From the NCBI GenBank assembly GCA_963799905.1, contig CAWCYU010000021.1, forward strand, positions 19,628 to 83,627: DNA of 64,000 nt, given 5' to 3'. Shown one piece after another: positions 45,596 through 55,560 of this stretch (positions are counted from its first letter, which is position 1; the number at the start of each line of letters is the position of its first letter). The stretch is from an uncultured Thermoleophilia bacterium. Its GTDB lineage: Bacteria > Actinomycetota > Thermoleophilia > Gaiellales > Gaiellaceae. A program made the position numbers and the translations under genes. The notes under the pieces are model-generated. The model saw nothing but the letters and a program-made list of their open reading frames with translations. It ran no database searches and was not told the DNA's origin.

Positions 45596-45952
45596 TCAAC
45601 CCTGCGCCCCGGCCTCGGCGGTCTCGTCGATCAGCGACCGGCCGCAGCTCGGACAGAAGCGGGCGCCCATCAGGACCGGAGCACCGCACGCGCAAATCGC
45701 GGCACCGCGCCGGCGCAGCCCTCGTGCGCCCTGGAGCAGCGCGTCGATCTCGCTCGCGCGCGCCTCGATTGCGACGAGCTCGGCGCAGCGCTCGATGACG
45801 AGCGTCTCGTTGAAGTGGTCGCGGCGATACATCTCGAGGGTCAGTCCACCGAGCTCGCGGAGCCGCTCCTCGCGCAACTGGAGGAGCGCGCGGCGCTCGC
45901 GACGGAGATCAGTGGCTGCCGGAGTAGCCGGCTTGTTGGAGAACAGTGCCAT
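45596..45952 (-). CDS. Coiled-coil + zinc-ribbon protein
   Basis: LRELGGLTLEMYR and CACGA...FCPSCG. Confidence 0.78.
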   Translation of the reverse strand: MALFSNKPATPAATDLRRERRALLQLREERLRELGGLTLEMYRRDHFNETLVIERCAELVAIEARASEIDALLQGARGLRRRGAAICACGAPVLMGARFCPSCGRSLIDETAEAGAQG

Positions 45953-46092
45953 CTGCGATCAGGATAACGTCGTCGGGCTTGGCGATGGAGGAGCCTCTCG
46001 CAGCCCTCCCGGGCACCTGTCCCGAGGGATCCTCCGCGTGACGCTCCTCGCGCAAGGGACGGGACAGGCAGCTGTCGCGCGTTCGCGCGAGC

Positions 46093-47520
46093 TCACAACT
46101 GGACGACGACCAGCCGCTCCTCGGTCATCTCGCGGACAGCCCAGGCCGGTCCTTCGCGCGTGTTGCCCGATTCCTTGACGCCGCCATACGGCATCTGGTC
46201 GGCGCGGAAGGTCGGCGCTTCGTTGACCGTGATTCCGCCGAACTCGAGGGTCTGCGAGGCATGCAAGGCCGAGGCCAGCGAGGCCGTGAACACCCCCGCC
46301 TGGAGCCCATAACGCGTCGCGTTCGCGCGCTCGATCGCCTCGTCGAGCGTGTCGTACGCCTGCAGGGTGCAGACGGGTCCGAACGCCTCGTCGCACGCGA
46401 GACGAGAGTCGAGCGGCGGATCCTCCACAACCGTCGGGCGGAGGAGCTCGCCCTCGAGCACACCACCCGTCAAGATCGTGCCCCCGCTGTCGCGCGCTTG
46501 CTCGATCCAGGCAAGCACGCGATCCCGCTCATGGGTCGAGATGAGCGGGCCGACGTCGGTCGTCTCGTCGGCCGGGTCGCCGACGACGAGTGCGTTGACC
46601 TTGGGCACGAAACGCGCCTTGAAGTCGTCGTAGACGCTCCGCTCGACGTAGATCCGTTGCACCGAGATGCAGCTCTGCCCGGCGAACGAGAACGCGTTCG
46701 CGGCACAACGGGTTGCTGCATCCTCCACATTCGCGTCGGCCGCGACGATCACCGGAGTCGCGTTTCCGAGCTCGAGCCCGACCTTCTTCTTCGCGGCTCG
46801 CTCCCGAATCCCCCAGCCCACGGCGCCGGAACCGGTGAACGTGATCAGCTTGACGCGCTCGTCCTCGACGAGAACGTCCCCGATCTCCGATGAGGGGCCG
46901 ACGACGACGTTCAACCAGCCCGGGGGCAGGCCTGCCTCGTCCTCGAGCTCCGCGAGGAGGAGCGCCGACAGGGGTGTCTGCGACGCAGGCTTGAGGACCA
47001 CTGCGCAACCGGCGGCGAGCGCAGGCGCGATCTTGTGGGCGACGAGGTTGAGGGGAAAGTTGAACGGCGAGATCGCGCCGACCACCCCGATCGGCCGCCG
47101 CAGCGTGAACGCGAGCTTGCCCTCTCCTGCCTGCGAGGCGTCCATCGGCACCATCTGGCCGGTGAGGGTTCGCGCCTCCACGGCCGCCATCGCGTAGGTC
47201 GACATCGCTCGACCGACCTCGACGCGTGCGGCCTTGAGCGGCTTCCCGGCCTCGGCGGCGATCTGCCCGGCTGCTTCGTCCGCGCGCCGTCCGAGCGCGT
47301 GTGAGACACGGTCGAGGATCTCGGCCCGCGTGTGCGCCGGTAGCGGAGACTCCATCGCGCGGGCTGCGGCATCCAGCGCCCGTCTCGTCTCGTCGGCACC
47401 CGCCTTCGCGACCCGGGCAACGGGCGAGCCGTCGTAGGGCGACGCGATCTCGACCCACGCGCCGGTCTCGACCCACGCGCCGTCGATCAGCAGCTGCCGG
47501 TCGGTCGCCGTCGTTGCCAT
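46093..47520 (-). CDS. Aldehyde dehydrogenase
   Basis: SPFNFP, KPAS, FTGS, ELGN, GQSCIS, EAFGP and PYGGVKESG. Confidence 0.96.
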   Translation of the reverse strand: MATTATDRQLLIDGAWVETGAWVEIASPYDGSPVARVAKAGADETRRALDAAARAMESPLPAHTRAEILDRVSHALGRRADEAAGQIAAEAGKPLKAARVEVGRAMSTYAMAAVEARTLTGQMVPMDASQAGEGKLAFTLRRPIGVVGAISPFNFPLNLVAHKIAPALAAGCAVVLKPASQTPLSALLLAELEDEAGLPPGWLNVVVGPSSEIGDVLVEDERVKLITFTGSGAVGWGIRERAAKKKVGLELGNATPVIVAADANVEDAATRCAANAFSFAGQSCISVQRIYVERSVYDDFKARFVPKVNALVVGDPADETTDVGPLISTHERDRVLAWIEQARDSGGTILTGGVLEGELLRPTVVEDPPLDSRLACDEAFGPVCTLQAYDTLDEAIERANATRYGLQAGVFTASLASALHASQTLEFGGITVNEAPTFRADQMPYGGVKESGNTREGPAWAVREMTEERLVVVQL

Positions 47521-47544
47521 CCCGCCGGAGTCTATCGTCGGACG

Positions 47545-48714
47545 ATGCGCACCTCGTTCCCGCTCGGCGCCGATGTCACGATCGCAGAGCTCGAGCGCGA
47601 TCCCCATCCTGTACTCGCGCGTCTTCGCGCGCGGGAGCCCGTCTCGTGGGTGCCGGCCCTCGACGCGTGGGTGGTGACGCGCCGCGATCTGACGCTGCAG
47701 GCGATGCGTGATCCGGACACGTTCACCGTCGACGACCCGCGATTTTCGACCGCCCAGGTCGTCGGCCCGAGCATGCTCTCACTCGACGGGCTCGAGCACC
47801 GACGGCACCGCGATCCATTCGCGCGACCGTTTCGACTCGACGCGGTGACCGCGCGGTTCACGGCGATCGTGGAGCGCGAGGTCGACCGTCTGCTCGACCT
47901 GATCGAGCACGACGGGACTGCCGACCTCCGTGCGACGCTCGCAGGGCCGCTGTCGGTCGAGGTGATGGTGCAGGCGCTCGGGCTCGAGGAGACGGACCCG
48001 GCGGAGGCGCTCGGCTGGTATGCCGCGATCGTCGCCGAGGTCACGGGCATCACGGCCGGGGCGGCTCCCGATGGGAGCGGCCGGAAGGCTTTCGCCCGCC
48101 TGCGGTCGTCCGTCGAGCCGGCCCTCGACCGCGATCCCGCTGCCTCGCTCGTCGCGGCGGCGGCCAGCGAGGCCGGCGGCCTCAGCCGCGAGCAGGTTGC
48201 ATCGAATGCAGCCGTGCTCCTGTTCGGAGGGATCGAGACGACCGAGGCGATGATCGCCAACGCGTTCCTGCACCTGCTCGGACACGAATCCGAGCGAGCC
48301 CTCGTGGCCGCCGACCGGAGGCTCGTGACGGGGGCTGTCGAGGAGTCGCTCCGGCTGGAGCCCGCCGCGGCCGTGATCGACCGTTACGCGACGCGTGATA
48401 CGGAGCTCGCGGGTGCCTCGATCCCCCGGGGAGACCTCGTGACGCTCTCGCTCGCAGGCGCAAACCGGGATCCGGCGGTGTTCGAGGATCCGGACGCGTT
48501 CGACGTCCGTCGTCCGAACGTCAACCTGCAGGTCGGGTTCGCGCATGGGCCACACGTCTGTCTGGGCATGCACCTCGCTCGGCTGGAGACGCGCATCGCC
48601 CTCGATCGCGCGCTCACACGGCTGCCCGGCCTGCGGCTCGACCCGGCGCGTCCGTCCGTCGTCGAAGGGCTCGTCTTCCGGAAGCCGCCCAGCCTCTGGG
48701 CACGGTGGCACTAG
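47545..48714 (+). CDS. Cytochrome P450
   Basis: I-helix GGIETT, ExxR (ESLR) and heme ligand FAHGPHVCLG. Confidence 0.96.
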   Translation: MRTSFPLGADVTIAELERDPHPVLARLRAREPVSWVPALDAWVVTRRDLTLQAMRDPDTFTVDDPRFSTAQVVGPSMLSLDGLEHRRHRDPFARPFRLDAVTARFTAIVEREVDRLLDLIEHDGTADLRATLAGPLSVEVMVQALGLEETDPAEALGWYAAIVAEVTGITAGAAPDGSGRKAFARLRSSVEPALDRDPAASLVAAAASEAGGLSREQVASNAAVLLFGGIETTEAMIANAFLHLLGHESERALVAADRRLVTGAVEESLRLEPAAAVIDRYATRDTELAGASIPRGDLVTLSLAGANRDPAVFEDPDAFDVRRPNVNLQVGFAHGPHVCLGMHLARLETRIALDRALTRLPGLRLDPARPSVVEGLVFRKPPSLWARWH

Positions 48715-49029
48715 CTGGAACGGCGCCAGGCGCGATACGGCCTTGCCTGGATGCGCATCGGGCAGGGCCAGGCGATCGCCGCCGTCACCGAGCGCCCCCA
48801 GCGTTCGCGCGTCAGCTCGGCCGGCACCAGATCGGACGCGGGGGAGGGGCAGTCCAATTTCGCTGCCCCCGACCGCACCTCCCCGCTATCCGCTTCTGAG
48901 GTATCGAACCTACACGGCGAGGAGAGCGCCCTTCGACCAGGATCGGCTAGCCGACCCGACAGTCGCTCGTCCGATGGTCGTCCCTCGATCGAGTGACTCG
49001 GGTCGAGGTCGCTCCACCGGCCGGCTTCG

Positions 49030-50007
49030 CTACGGCGCGACGAGTTGCCTCTCGACCTCGGCGCTGACGCCGCGGGCGATCTCGACGAACGCCTTCGCAG
49101 AAGGCGAACGGTGCCGGTCGCGGTGCCAGACGACGGCAAGTACGCGCGGCGGCACGGCCGGCTCGATCCGCATCACCTCGACGCGGTCGTCGCCGGGGCT
49201 GACGGCGAGGAGCGGCACGAGCGCGGCGCCGAAGCCGGCGGCGACGAGGCCCTGGATCGTCCCGTTGTCGTCCGAGCGGAACGCGTACTCGACAGGATGG
49301 CCGGAGTGGCGCAGGAGCTGCTCGACCTCGACGCCGCTCGAGCAGGTGCTCGCACCGATCAGCGAGAGGTCGCCCAGGTCTGCGAGTGACACCGATGCGA
49401 GGGCCGTCGCCGGGTGCTCGGCGGGGAGGAGGAGGACGTACGGATCGCTCATCAGCGCCAGGATCTCGAAGGGGCCGTCGGGCAGCGGGGCCGAGCAGAA
49501 GGCGAGGTCGAGCTTCCCGCTCTCGATCGCGTCGTAGAGCTCCGGGTCGGTCGAGGGCTCCGAGAGACCGAGCTCGATCTTGGGCCAGTCGGAGCGGAAC
49601 CGCCGCATCACTTCCGGCAGCACGCGCGCCCCGATGCTCTGGTAGGTGCCGACTCGCAACGCCCCGGTCTCTCCGGCGCGCAGCGCGAGCATGTCGGCGC
49701 GGGCGGCGTCGAGCCGGTTCACGATCGCCTCCGCGTGCCGCAGAAGCAGCGTGCCGGCCTCGGTCATCGAGATCGCGCGGGGCCCGCCCGGGCGCTCGAC
49801 GAGCTTCTCGCCGACGATTCGCTCGAGTGCCGCGATCTGCTGGCTCACGGCCGACTGCGTGTACCCGAGCTCGGTCGCGGCGCGCCCGAACGATCCCGCA
49901 CGGGCGACGGCCTCCAGGGCTGCGAGGTGGCGCAGCTCGACGCCGAGCCAATTGTCGGCCTGCTGGGCGTCGAGCGAGGGATGATCAGCTGCACTAATGG
50001 TTGTCAT
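49030..50007 (-). CDS. LysR-family transcriptional regulator (start uncertain)
   Basis: HTH GSFGRAATELGYTQSAVSQQIAALE followed by a LysR substrate domain. Confidence 0.95.
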   Translation of the reverse strand: MTTISAADHPSLDAQQADNWLGVELRHLAALEAVARAGSFGRAATELGYTQSAVSQQIAALERIVGEKLVERPGGPRAISMTEAGTLLLRHAEAIVNRLDAARADMLALRAGETGALRVGTYQSIGARVLPEVMRRFRSDWPKIELGLSEPSTDPELYDAIESGKLDLAFCSAPLPDGPFEILALMSDPYVLLLPAEHPATALASVSLADLGDLSLIGASTCSSGVEVEQLLRHSGHPVEYAFRSDDNGTIQGLVAAGFGAALVPLLAVSPGDDRVEVMRIEPAVPPRVLAVVWHRDRHRSPSAKAFVEIARGVSAEVERQLVAP

Positions 50008-50055
50008 GAAAACCTCGACTTGTGCTGATAGTACCTGCTCAGCCACGATGAAGCC

Positions 50056-50166
50056 ATGGGAATCGCATTGATCGTCTTCATCGTCCTCGTCGGCATCGGC
50101 GCGGTCACCTCTGGCCGCGATTCCCGGATCGACGAGACGGCTCGCCAGCGGCGGTACCTCGGTTGA
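50056..50166 (+). CDS. Small single-TM peptide (36 aa), not in the ORF track
   Basis: MGIALIVFIVLVGIGAVTSGRDSRIDETARQRRYLG*. Its stop overlaps the next start (TTGA). Confidence 0.65.
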   Translation: MGIALIVFIVLVGIGAVTSGRDSRIDETARQRRYLG

Positions 50167-50444
50167 CCGATCACCTCCCGGCAGCCCTCGCGCGTCAGGT
50201 CGGCGGGCGGTGCGAGATCGCCATTCGCTCCGCTCGTCCGGCCGACGTCGACGTGGTCAGGCGACTCGCACTCCTGGTCGACCGGTCTGTGCCTCCCGGG
50301 CCTCTGCTCCTCGCAGAGAGCGATGGGGACGTCATCGTGGCGCTGTCGACCTCGACCGGCGCGGTGGTGACCGACCCGTTCCGCGCCACCGCGGATCTGG
50401 TCGAGCTGCTCCGGCTGCGCTCCACCCAGCTGCGCGCGGCGTAG
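50163..50444 (+). CDS. Hypothetical protein (93 aa, GNAT-like N-terminal fragment)
   Basis: IRSARPAD...GPLLLAESDG...VTDPFRATADLVELLR. Confidence 0.7.
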   Translation: MTDHLPAALARQVGGRCEIAIRSARPADVDVVRRLALLVDRSVPPGPLLLAESDGDVIVALSTSTGAVVTDPFRATADLVELLRLRSTQLRAA

Positions 50445-50472
50445 GCCGCGATGAAAAAGCATATCGCGGCCT
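50443..50472. terminator. Hairpin between convergent genes
   Basis: AGGCCGCGAT / ATCGCGGCCT 10-bp stem at the stop codon (50444). Confidence 0.45.
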
Positions 50473-50617
50473 CCGCCGCGGGATACCTATTGCCGCGCTT
50501 CGCGCGGATCCTGAAGCCGGGAACCTACGGTTCCCCGTGACCCCTCCCTTCTTGGGCTGAGCACGGTGTGCACGGTGTGCCTGGCACGGTGACAGGCTTC
50601 AGCCTGTCTCCTGCGTT

Positions 50618-51862
50618 CTACCTCGGCGTCGGCCTCTCGATCGCCGGTTCGCGCTGCGCGTCTCCCGCGTCGACCATGGGCACGCCGAGACGGCGCGCCA
50701 CGGTGGGGACGAGGGTTCCCTGGACGACGACCGAGAAGAGCACGACGACGAACACGATTCCGTAGATCTCCGGAGCCTGGTCGGTGCCGCCGACGACCGC
50801 GAGCGACGCAAGGAGAATGGGGACCGCTCCCTTCAAGCCGGCCCACGTGACGAACAGCCGCTCGCCACGCGTCAGCCGCGCTGGAAGGAGAAGCGGGGTG
50901 ACGACCAGAGGACGCACGACGAATCCGAGGAGCAGCGCGAGAATCAGGCCCTGCCACCAGACGGCCCCCGCGAAGATGAACCCGAGATCGATCGTCAACC
51001 CGAGCGCGACGAACACCGCCAGCTCGCCGAGGTCTGCGAGCGCCGACACGAAATGCCGTACGCCGACCCTGCTCGGGAACGCCGCGTCGCCGATCACGAT
51101 CCCCGCCACGAAGACGGCGAGGAAGCCCGACCCATGGGACACGGCGGCGATGCCGTAGACGAGGCCCGCCAACAGCACCACCGCGAGCGGATAGAGCGAG
51201 GTATCCGGCAGCGGCACCCGTCGGATGAGCTGCAGCAGCACGAAGCCCGCCACGGCGCCCTCCGCGAGTCCGACGCCCATCTCGCGCAGGAACTCCCAAA
51301 CGACGTCGGCCGCGCCTGCGTCCGGAACCGTGGCGAGCTCGACCATCCCGATCATCAGCGCGATCCCGACGGGATCGTTGAACCCCGACTCTCCCTCCAG
51401 AATCGTGCCGGAGCGGCCTTCGACCTCCTTCCCTGCGAGGACGGAGAACGTCACGGCGGGATCGGTCGGGGCGAGGGCCGCCCCGAGCAGGAGGGCGACC
51501 GTCCAGTCGAAGCCGAGCACGTAATGCGCGGCGACGCCCACGAGTGGAGCGGTCCCGAATGTCCCGAGCACCCCGAGGACCGTGATCGGAACGGCGGCGG
51601 AGCGGAACCGGGCGAGACCCATGCTCATGCCTCCGTCGAACAGGATCACGATCAGCGCGAGCGTGGCGATCCGTTGCACGTCGACGAAAGAGAGCAGTGA
51701 GGCGAGCCTGTCCGACACCTCGGAGGCCACGGCCGCCGCAACGAGCAGCGGCGCCGCGGTCGGCAGGCCGATCCTGGCGGCGATGACACGGACGAGGATC
51801 GCGATCGACAGGCCGCCCGAAACGACAACGATGATGCGGCCGAACTCGACGATGTCGCTCAC
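50618..51862 (-). CDS. CPA1-family cation/H+ antiporter (NhaP2/CvrA-like, no C-terminal domain)
   Basis: ILFDGG, APTDPA, EGESGFND, SGFLAVF and GLKGAVPI. Confidence 0.93.
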   Translation of the reverse strand: MSDIVEFGRIIVVVSGGLSIAILVRVIAARIGLPTAAPLLVAAAVASEVSDRLASLLSFVDVQRIATLALIVILFDGGMSMGLARFRSAAVPITVLGVLGTFGTAPLVGVAAHYVLGFDWTVALLLGAALAPTDPAVTFSVLAGKEVEGRSGTILEGESGFNDPVGIALMIGMVELATVPDAGAADVVWEFLREMGVGLAEGAVAGFVLLQLIRRVPLPDTSLYPLAVVLLAGLVYGIAAVSHGSGFLAVFVAGIVIGDAAFPSRVGVRHFVSALADLGELAVFVALGLTIDLGFIFAGAVWWQGLILALLLGFVVRPLVVTPLLLPARLTRGERLFVTWAGLKGAVPILLASLAVVGGTDQAPEIYGIVFVVVLFSVVVQGTLVPTVARRLGVPMVDAGDAQREPAIERPTPR

Positions 51863-51959
51863 GCGGGGATTCTCCCTGCTCAGGCGGGGTCGGTCGCTAA
51901 CACATTCCTTACCGGTGTCTCATGGCAGGCACATTCGGGCGACCGATACTCCTGGTCAT

Positions 51960-52475
51960 ATGCGCCTCGCGGCTTTGACCCTGCTCGCCCTTGGCCTGTC
52001 CGCGACGGCGGCTGCCGGGAATCCGCCTGCAGGCTCGCTCTCGATCGAGGGTGGCCGGGGGGTGATTCAGGTCAGCGGCAAGGGCGCAGTTCTGGGAAAG
52101 ATCGGGAAGGGCTCGCTCGAGATCGTCGACCTGACCGCCGGCGACCAGTGGAGCCCACTCGTGAACGGCATCCCGCGTGGACACCGGGTCTGGCTGCGCG
52201 GCAAGAACGTCTCGTTCAGGGTGCCGGCCGGTCGGTATCGGATCGTCGCGCGAGGGATCGACATTTCGATCTCAGCCCAAGGATCGGGCAACGTCGTTCT
52301 CGACGGTGACCCCGACGCGGTTGGGGACACGGGCCTCTATTCGGTCAACGGCGCCACGTGCTTCGGTGCCGACATGACCGGCTGCCTTCCGTTGCCGAGC
52401 GAGGCGACGAAAGCCTCGTTCGGAAAGGGAGACAGCGGCGTGCCGTCGTCCCAATCAGTCAAGATTCAACCATGA
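51960..52475 (+). CDS. Secreted Gly-rich beta-type hypothetical protein
   Basis: Signal peptide MRLAALTLLALGLSATAAA. ATGA overlap with the response regulator. Confidence 0.75.
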   Translation: MRLAALTLLALGLSATAAAGNPPAGSLSIEGGRGVIQVSGKGAVLGKIGKGSLEIVDLTAGDQWSPLVNGIPRGHRVWLRGKNVSFRVPAGRYRIVARGIDISISAQGSGNVVLDGDPDAVGDTGLYSVNGATCFGADMTGCLPLPSEATKASFGKGDSGVPSSQSVKIQP

Positions 52476-53176
52476 CCGCCCCCCAGACGATCCTCGTCGT
52501 CGAAGACGAGACGTCCATCGCCTCGTTCGTCGCTCTCTATCTGAAGAACGCAGGCTACGGCGTCAAGGCAGTCGGAACGGGCGGTGCGGCCCTCAACGCG
52601 ATCGCCTCCGAGCTTCCGGCGCTGATCATCCTCGACCTCAATCTGCCGGACATGGACGGGATCGAGATCTGCCGCCGGGTGCGGAAGAGCTCCGATGTGC
52701 CGATCCTGATGCTGACGGCGCGCGACGAGGACGTCGACAAGATCATCGGGCTCGAGGTGGGAGCAGACGACTATCTGACGAAGCCGTTCAATCCGCGTGA
52801 GCTCGTGGCACGCGTGAAGAGCGTACTGCGCCGGTCGTCGCTCGAGCGACGCCGCGACGAGGGAGACGAGATCCGGCACGGCGATCTCCTGATCAACGCC
52901 GGCCGCCGCGAGGTGATGGTCGGCGACCGCGAGATTCAGCTCGCCCCGAAGGAGTTCGACCTCCTCTGGGAGCTGCTCGATCACCGCGGATTGGTGCTCA
53001 CCCGCGACCAGCTGCTCGAACGCGTCTGGGGCTACACGTTCGCGGGCGATACGCGCACGGTCGACGTGCACGTCCGCCAGATCCGGCGGAAGCTCGAGGA
53101 TGCCTCACCCATCGTCACGGTGTGGGGCGTGGGTTACAAGGTCGCGCAGGATCGCACCTCCGCGCCCGCGGCGTAA
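52472..53176 (+). CDS. OmpR/PhoB-family response regulator
   Basis: VVEDE, ILDLNLP, MLTA, GADDYLTKPF and RTVDVHV. Confidence 0.97.
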   Translation: MTAPQTILVVEDETSIASFVALYLKNAGYGVKAVGTGGAALNAIASELPALIILDLNLPDMDGIEICRRVRKSSDVPILMLTARDEDVDKIIGLEVGADDYLTKPFNPRELVARVKSVLRRSSLERRRDEGDEIRHGDLLINAGRREVMVGDREIQLAPKEFDLLWELLDHRGLVLTRDQLLERVWGYTFAGDTRTVDVHVRQIRRKLEDASPIVTVWGVGYKVAQDRTSAPAA

Positions 53177-53186
53177 CATTTTCGAC

Positions 53187-54584
53187 GTGATCGGGTCGCT
53201 GCGTTTTCGCCTGCCGGCGCTGTTCCTGCTCGGAATCGTGCTCGCCGGGGTGCTCGCAGCACTCATCTCGCTTCGACTCTTCCAGACCTATACGCGCAGC
53301 CAATCGGTGCAGGAGCTCCAGCGCGAAGCGTCCGGGCTCTCTCAGCTGTACGCCGACGCGGCGCTGCGGGCGGCGGACGAGGGCTCGGGGGCGATCGACT
53401 TCGCCGCCTCGAAGCTCGAGCTGGCGACGGGTGACCGGATCTACTACGTCGGCGCCTCCCTGTTCCCCGGACAGGATTCGGGCCTCACCCGCCTGGCGGC
53501 CTCCTCTGTACCGTCCGCGGTCACAGCGCTGAAGGGCCCCGTCACCTTCGAGTTCACGCCACCGGGAACGAACCGCTCGTATCTGGCTGCCGCGAATCCG
53601 GTCCGGCTCGAGCCGGAGAGCGATGCTCTCGGGGCGATCATCGTCGCCAAGCCACGCACGGAGCTGCGGGATCAATGGCTTCCGCTCGTGCTCCGGCTCG
53701 CCGCGGCCGTCGGTGTGGGCGCGGTGCTCGCCGGGCTGCTCTCGTGGTGGCTGTCGCGCAAGATCACGGGACCTGTGCTCGCGCTGTCGAGCGCCGCGGA
53801 CGAGATCGCCTCGGGCAATTACGCCGTGCGTGTTCCCGCCGGCGGCGGCGGAGACGAGATCAGCCACCTGTCGGAGCGGTTCAACGAGATGGCTGCTCGC
53901 CTCGCCGCGACCGAGGAGCGGGAGCGCCAGTTCCTGATGTCGGTCTCGCACGAGCTGCGAACGCCGCTGACCGCGATCAAGGGACATGTCGACGCGATCC
54001 GGGACGGCCTCTTCGACGACCCGGAGCTCGAGCGCGCGTCCCTCGATGTCGTCGCGGGTGAGACGATCCGGTTGGAGCGGCTCGTCGGCGACGTGCTCGA
54101 TCTGGCGAAGTTGAATGCGCACCGGTTCACGGTTCACGCTCAGGAGGTGGACATCGGTGCGCTCGTCGAGCAGGCGCACGCGAGCTTCGGCGAGGAGGCG
54201 AGGCGACGAGGAATCGCCTTCGATCTCGAGGACGACCCGGCCGCGCCGACGATCGTCACCGATGGCGACCGGGTCCTGCAGGTGATCACCAACCTGCTCG
54301 CGAACGCGTTTCGCTGGACGCCCGACGGTGGCACCGTCTCACTCGGCTCGGAGACCGTGAACGGGGTCGTGCACATCGACGTCCGGGACACCGGCCCGGG
54401 CATCCAGCCCGACGAGCAGGACCGCATCTTCATCCCCTTCATCTCGCGCGACAACCACGGCACAGGGCTCGGTCTCCCGATCGCACGCGAGCTTGCCCAC
54501 GCACTCGGCGGCTGGATCGAGCTCGATTCGACGGTCGGCGGTGGGAGCCGCTTCCGGCTCGTCCTGCCGGCGACGTGGGCTTGA
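53187..54584 (+). CDS. HAMP-domain sensor histidine kinase
   Basis: 2 TM, HAMP, SHELRTP, NLLANA, DTGPGI and GTGLGL. Confidence 0.96.
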   Translation: MIGSLRFRLPALFLLGIVLAGVLAALISLRLFQTYTRSQSVQELQREASGLSQLYADAALRAADEGSGAIDFAASKLELATGDRIYYVGASLFPGQDSGLTRLAASSVPSAVTALKGPVTFEFTPPGTNRSYLAAANPVRLEPESDALGAIIVAKPRTELRDQWLPLVLRLAAAVGVGAVLAGLLSWWLSRKITGPVLALSSAADEIASGNYAVRVPAGGGGDEISHLSERFNEMAARLAATEERERQFLMSVSHELRTPLTAIKGHVDAIRDGLFDDPELERASLDVVAGETIRLERLVGDVLDLAKLNAHRFTVHAQEVDIGALVEQAHASFGEEARRRGIAFDLEDDPAAPTIVTDGDRVLQVITNLLANAFRWTPDGGTVSLGSETVNGVVHIDVRDTGPGIQPDEQDRIFIPFISRDNHGTGLGLPIARELAHALGGWIELDSTVGGGSRFRLVLPATWA

Positions 54585-54613
54585 AGCCCGCGTCGCAGTC
54601 TACGATCGCTCCG

Positions 54614-55528
54614 ATGGTAGAACCTGCCCGGCGAACGAACGTCACCGAGCTGCCGTCGAGACGGGCCCCTGTCCAGGCGGCGATCGTGGCGCTGCGGCCG
54701 CGCCAGTGGGTCAAGAACCTGCTGCTCTTCGCCGGGATCATCTTCGCCGCTCAGCTCGACGACCCTCATCGTTGGCTCGAGGCATCGGCCGCGTTCGTCG
54801 CCTACTGTGCCGCGTCCAGCGCCGCATACCTGCTGAACGACATCCGCGACGCCGCAGCCGATCGGCGTCACCCTGTCAAGCGCAGGCGCCCTATCGCGCG
54901 AGGCGAGTTGCGGCCCACCACGGCATTGGTGCTCGCCTGCACGCTCGCCTCGGCAGCAGCGGCGATCGCGGCCGGGCTCGGCATCCCGTCCCTGGCCTGC
55001 CTGCTCGGCTTCGCTGTGCTGCAGGGCGCCTACACGCTCCGGCTGAAGCATGTGGTCTTCGCCGACGTTGTCGTGATTGCGGGATTGTTCGTGATCCGGG
55101 CCGTCGCGGGTGCCGTCGCCGTCGACGTCAGGATCTCGCCGTGGCTCCTCGTCTGCACCGGCCTGCTCGCGCTGTTCCTCGCTCTTGGCAAACGACGGGC
55201 AGAGCTCGTGCTGGTCGGCGCCGATGCCACTCCCGGGCGCCGTGTGCTCGAGGGCTACTCGCTCGGGCTCGTCGACCAGCTGCTCGCCGCGGTCGCCGGC
55301 GCAACCGTGGTGGCGTACGCGCTGTACAGCGCCACGGCCCGCGACTCGTACGCGCTCGTCGTCACGGTGCCGTTCGTCGTCTTCGGCCTCGCCCGCTACC
55401 TGCACCTGCTGCACCGAAGAGGGGCAGGGGAAGAGCCCGAGAATGTCTTGCTCGGCGACCTTCCGATCCTCGCCACCGTCGCGATCTGGGCCGTCGTTTG
55501 CGCGGCGCTCCTCCTCCAGGGCTCATAA
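54614..55528 (+). CDS. UbiA-family prenyltransferase (decaprenyl-phosphate phosphoribosyltransferase-like)
   Basis: LRPRQWVKN, YLLNDIRD...DRRHPVKRRRPIA, KRRAE and R..LEGY. Confidence 0.9.
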   Translation: MVEPARRTNVTELPSRRAPVQAAIVALRPRQWVKNLLLFAGIIFAAQLDDPHRWLEASAAFVAYCAASSAAYLLNDIRDAAADRRHPVKRRRPIARGELRPTTALVLACTLASAAAAIAAGLGIPSLACLLGFAVLQGAYTLRLKHVVFADVVVIAGLFVIRAVAGAVAVDVRISPWLLVCTGLLALFLALGKRRAELVLVGADATPGRRVLEGYSLGLVDQLLAAVAGATVVAYALYSATARDSYALVVTVPFVVFGLARYLHLLHRRGAGEEPENVLLGDLPILATVAIWAVVCAALLLQGS

Positions 55529-55560
55529 CCGGGCGGGAGACGCCGCAGGGTGTCGTGCGC

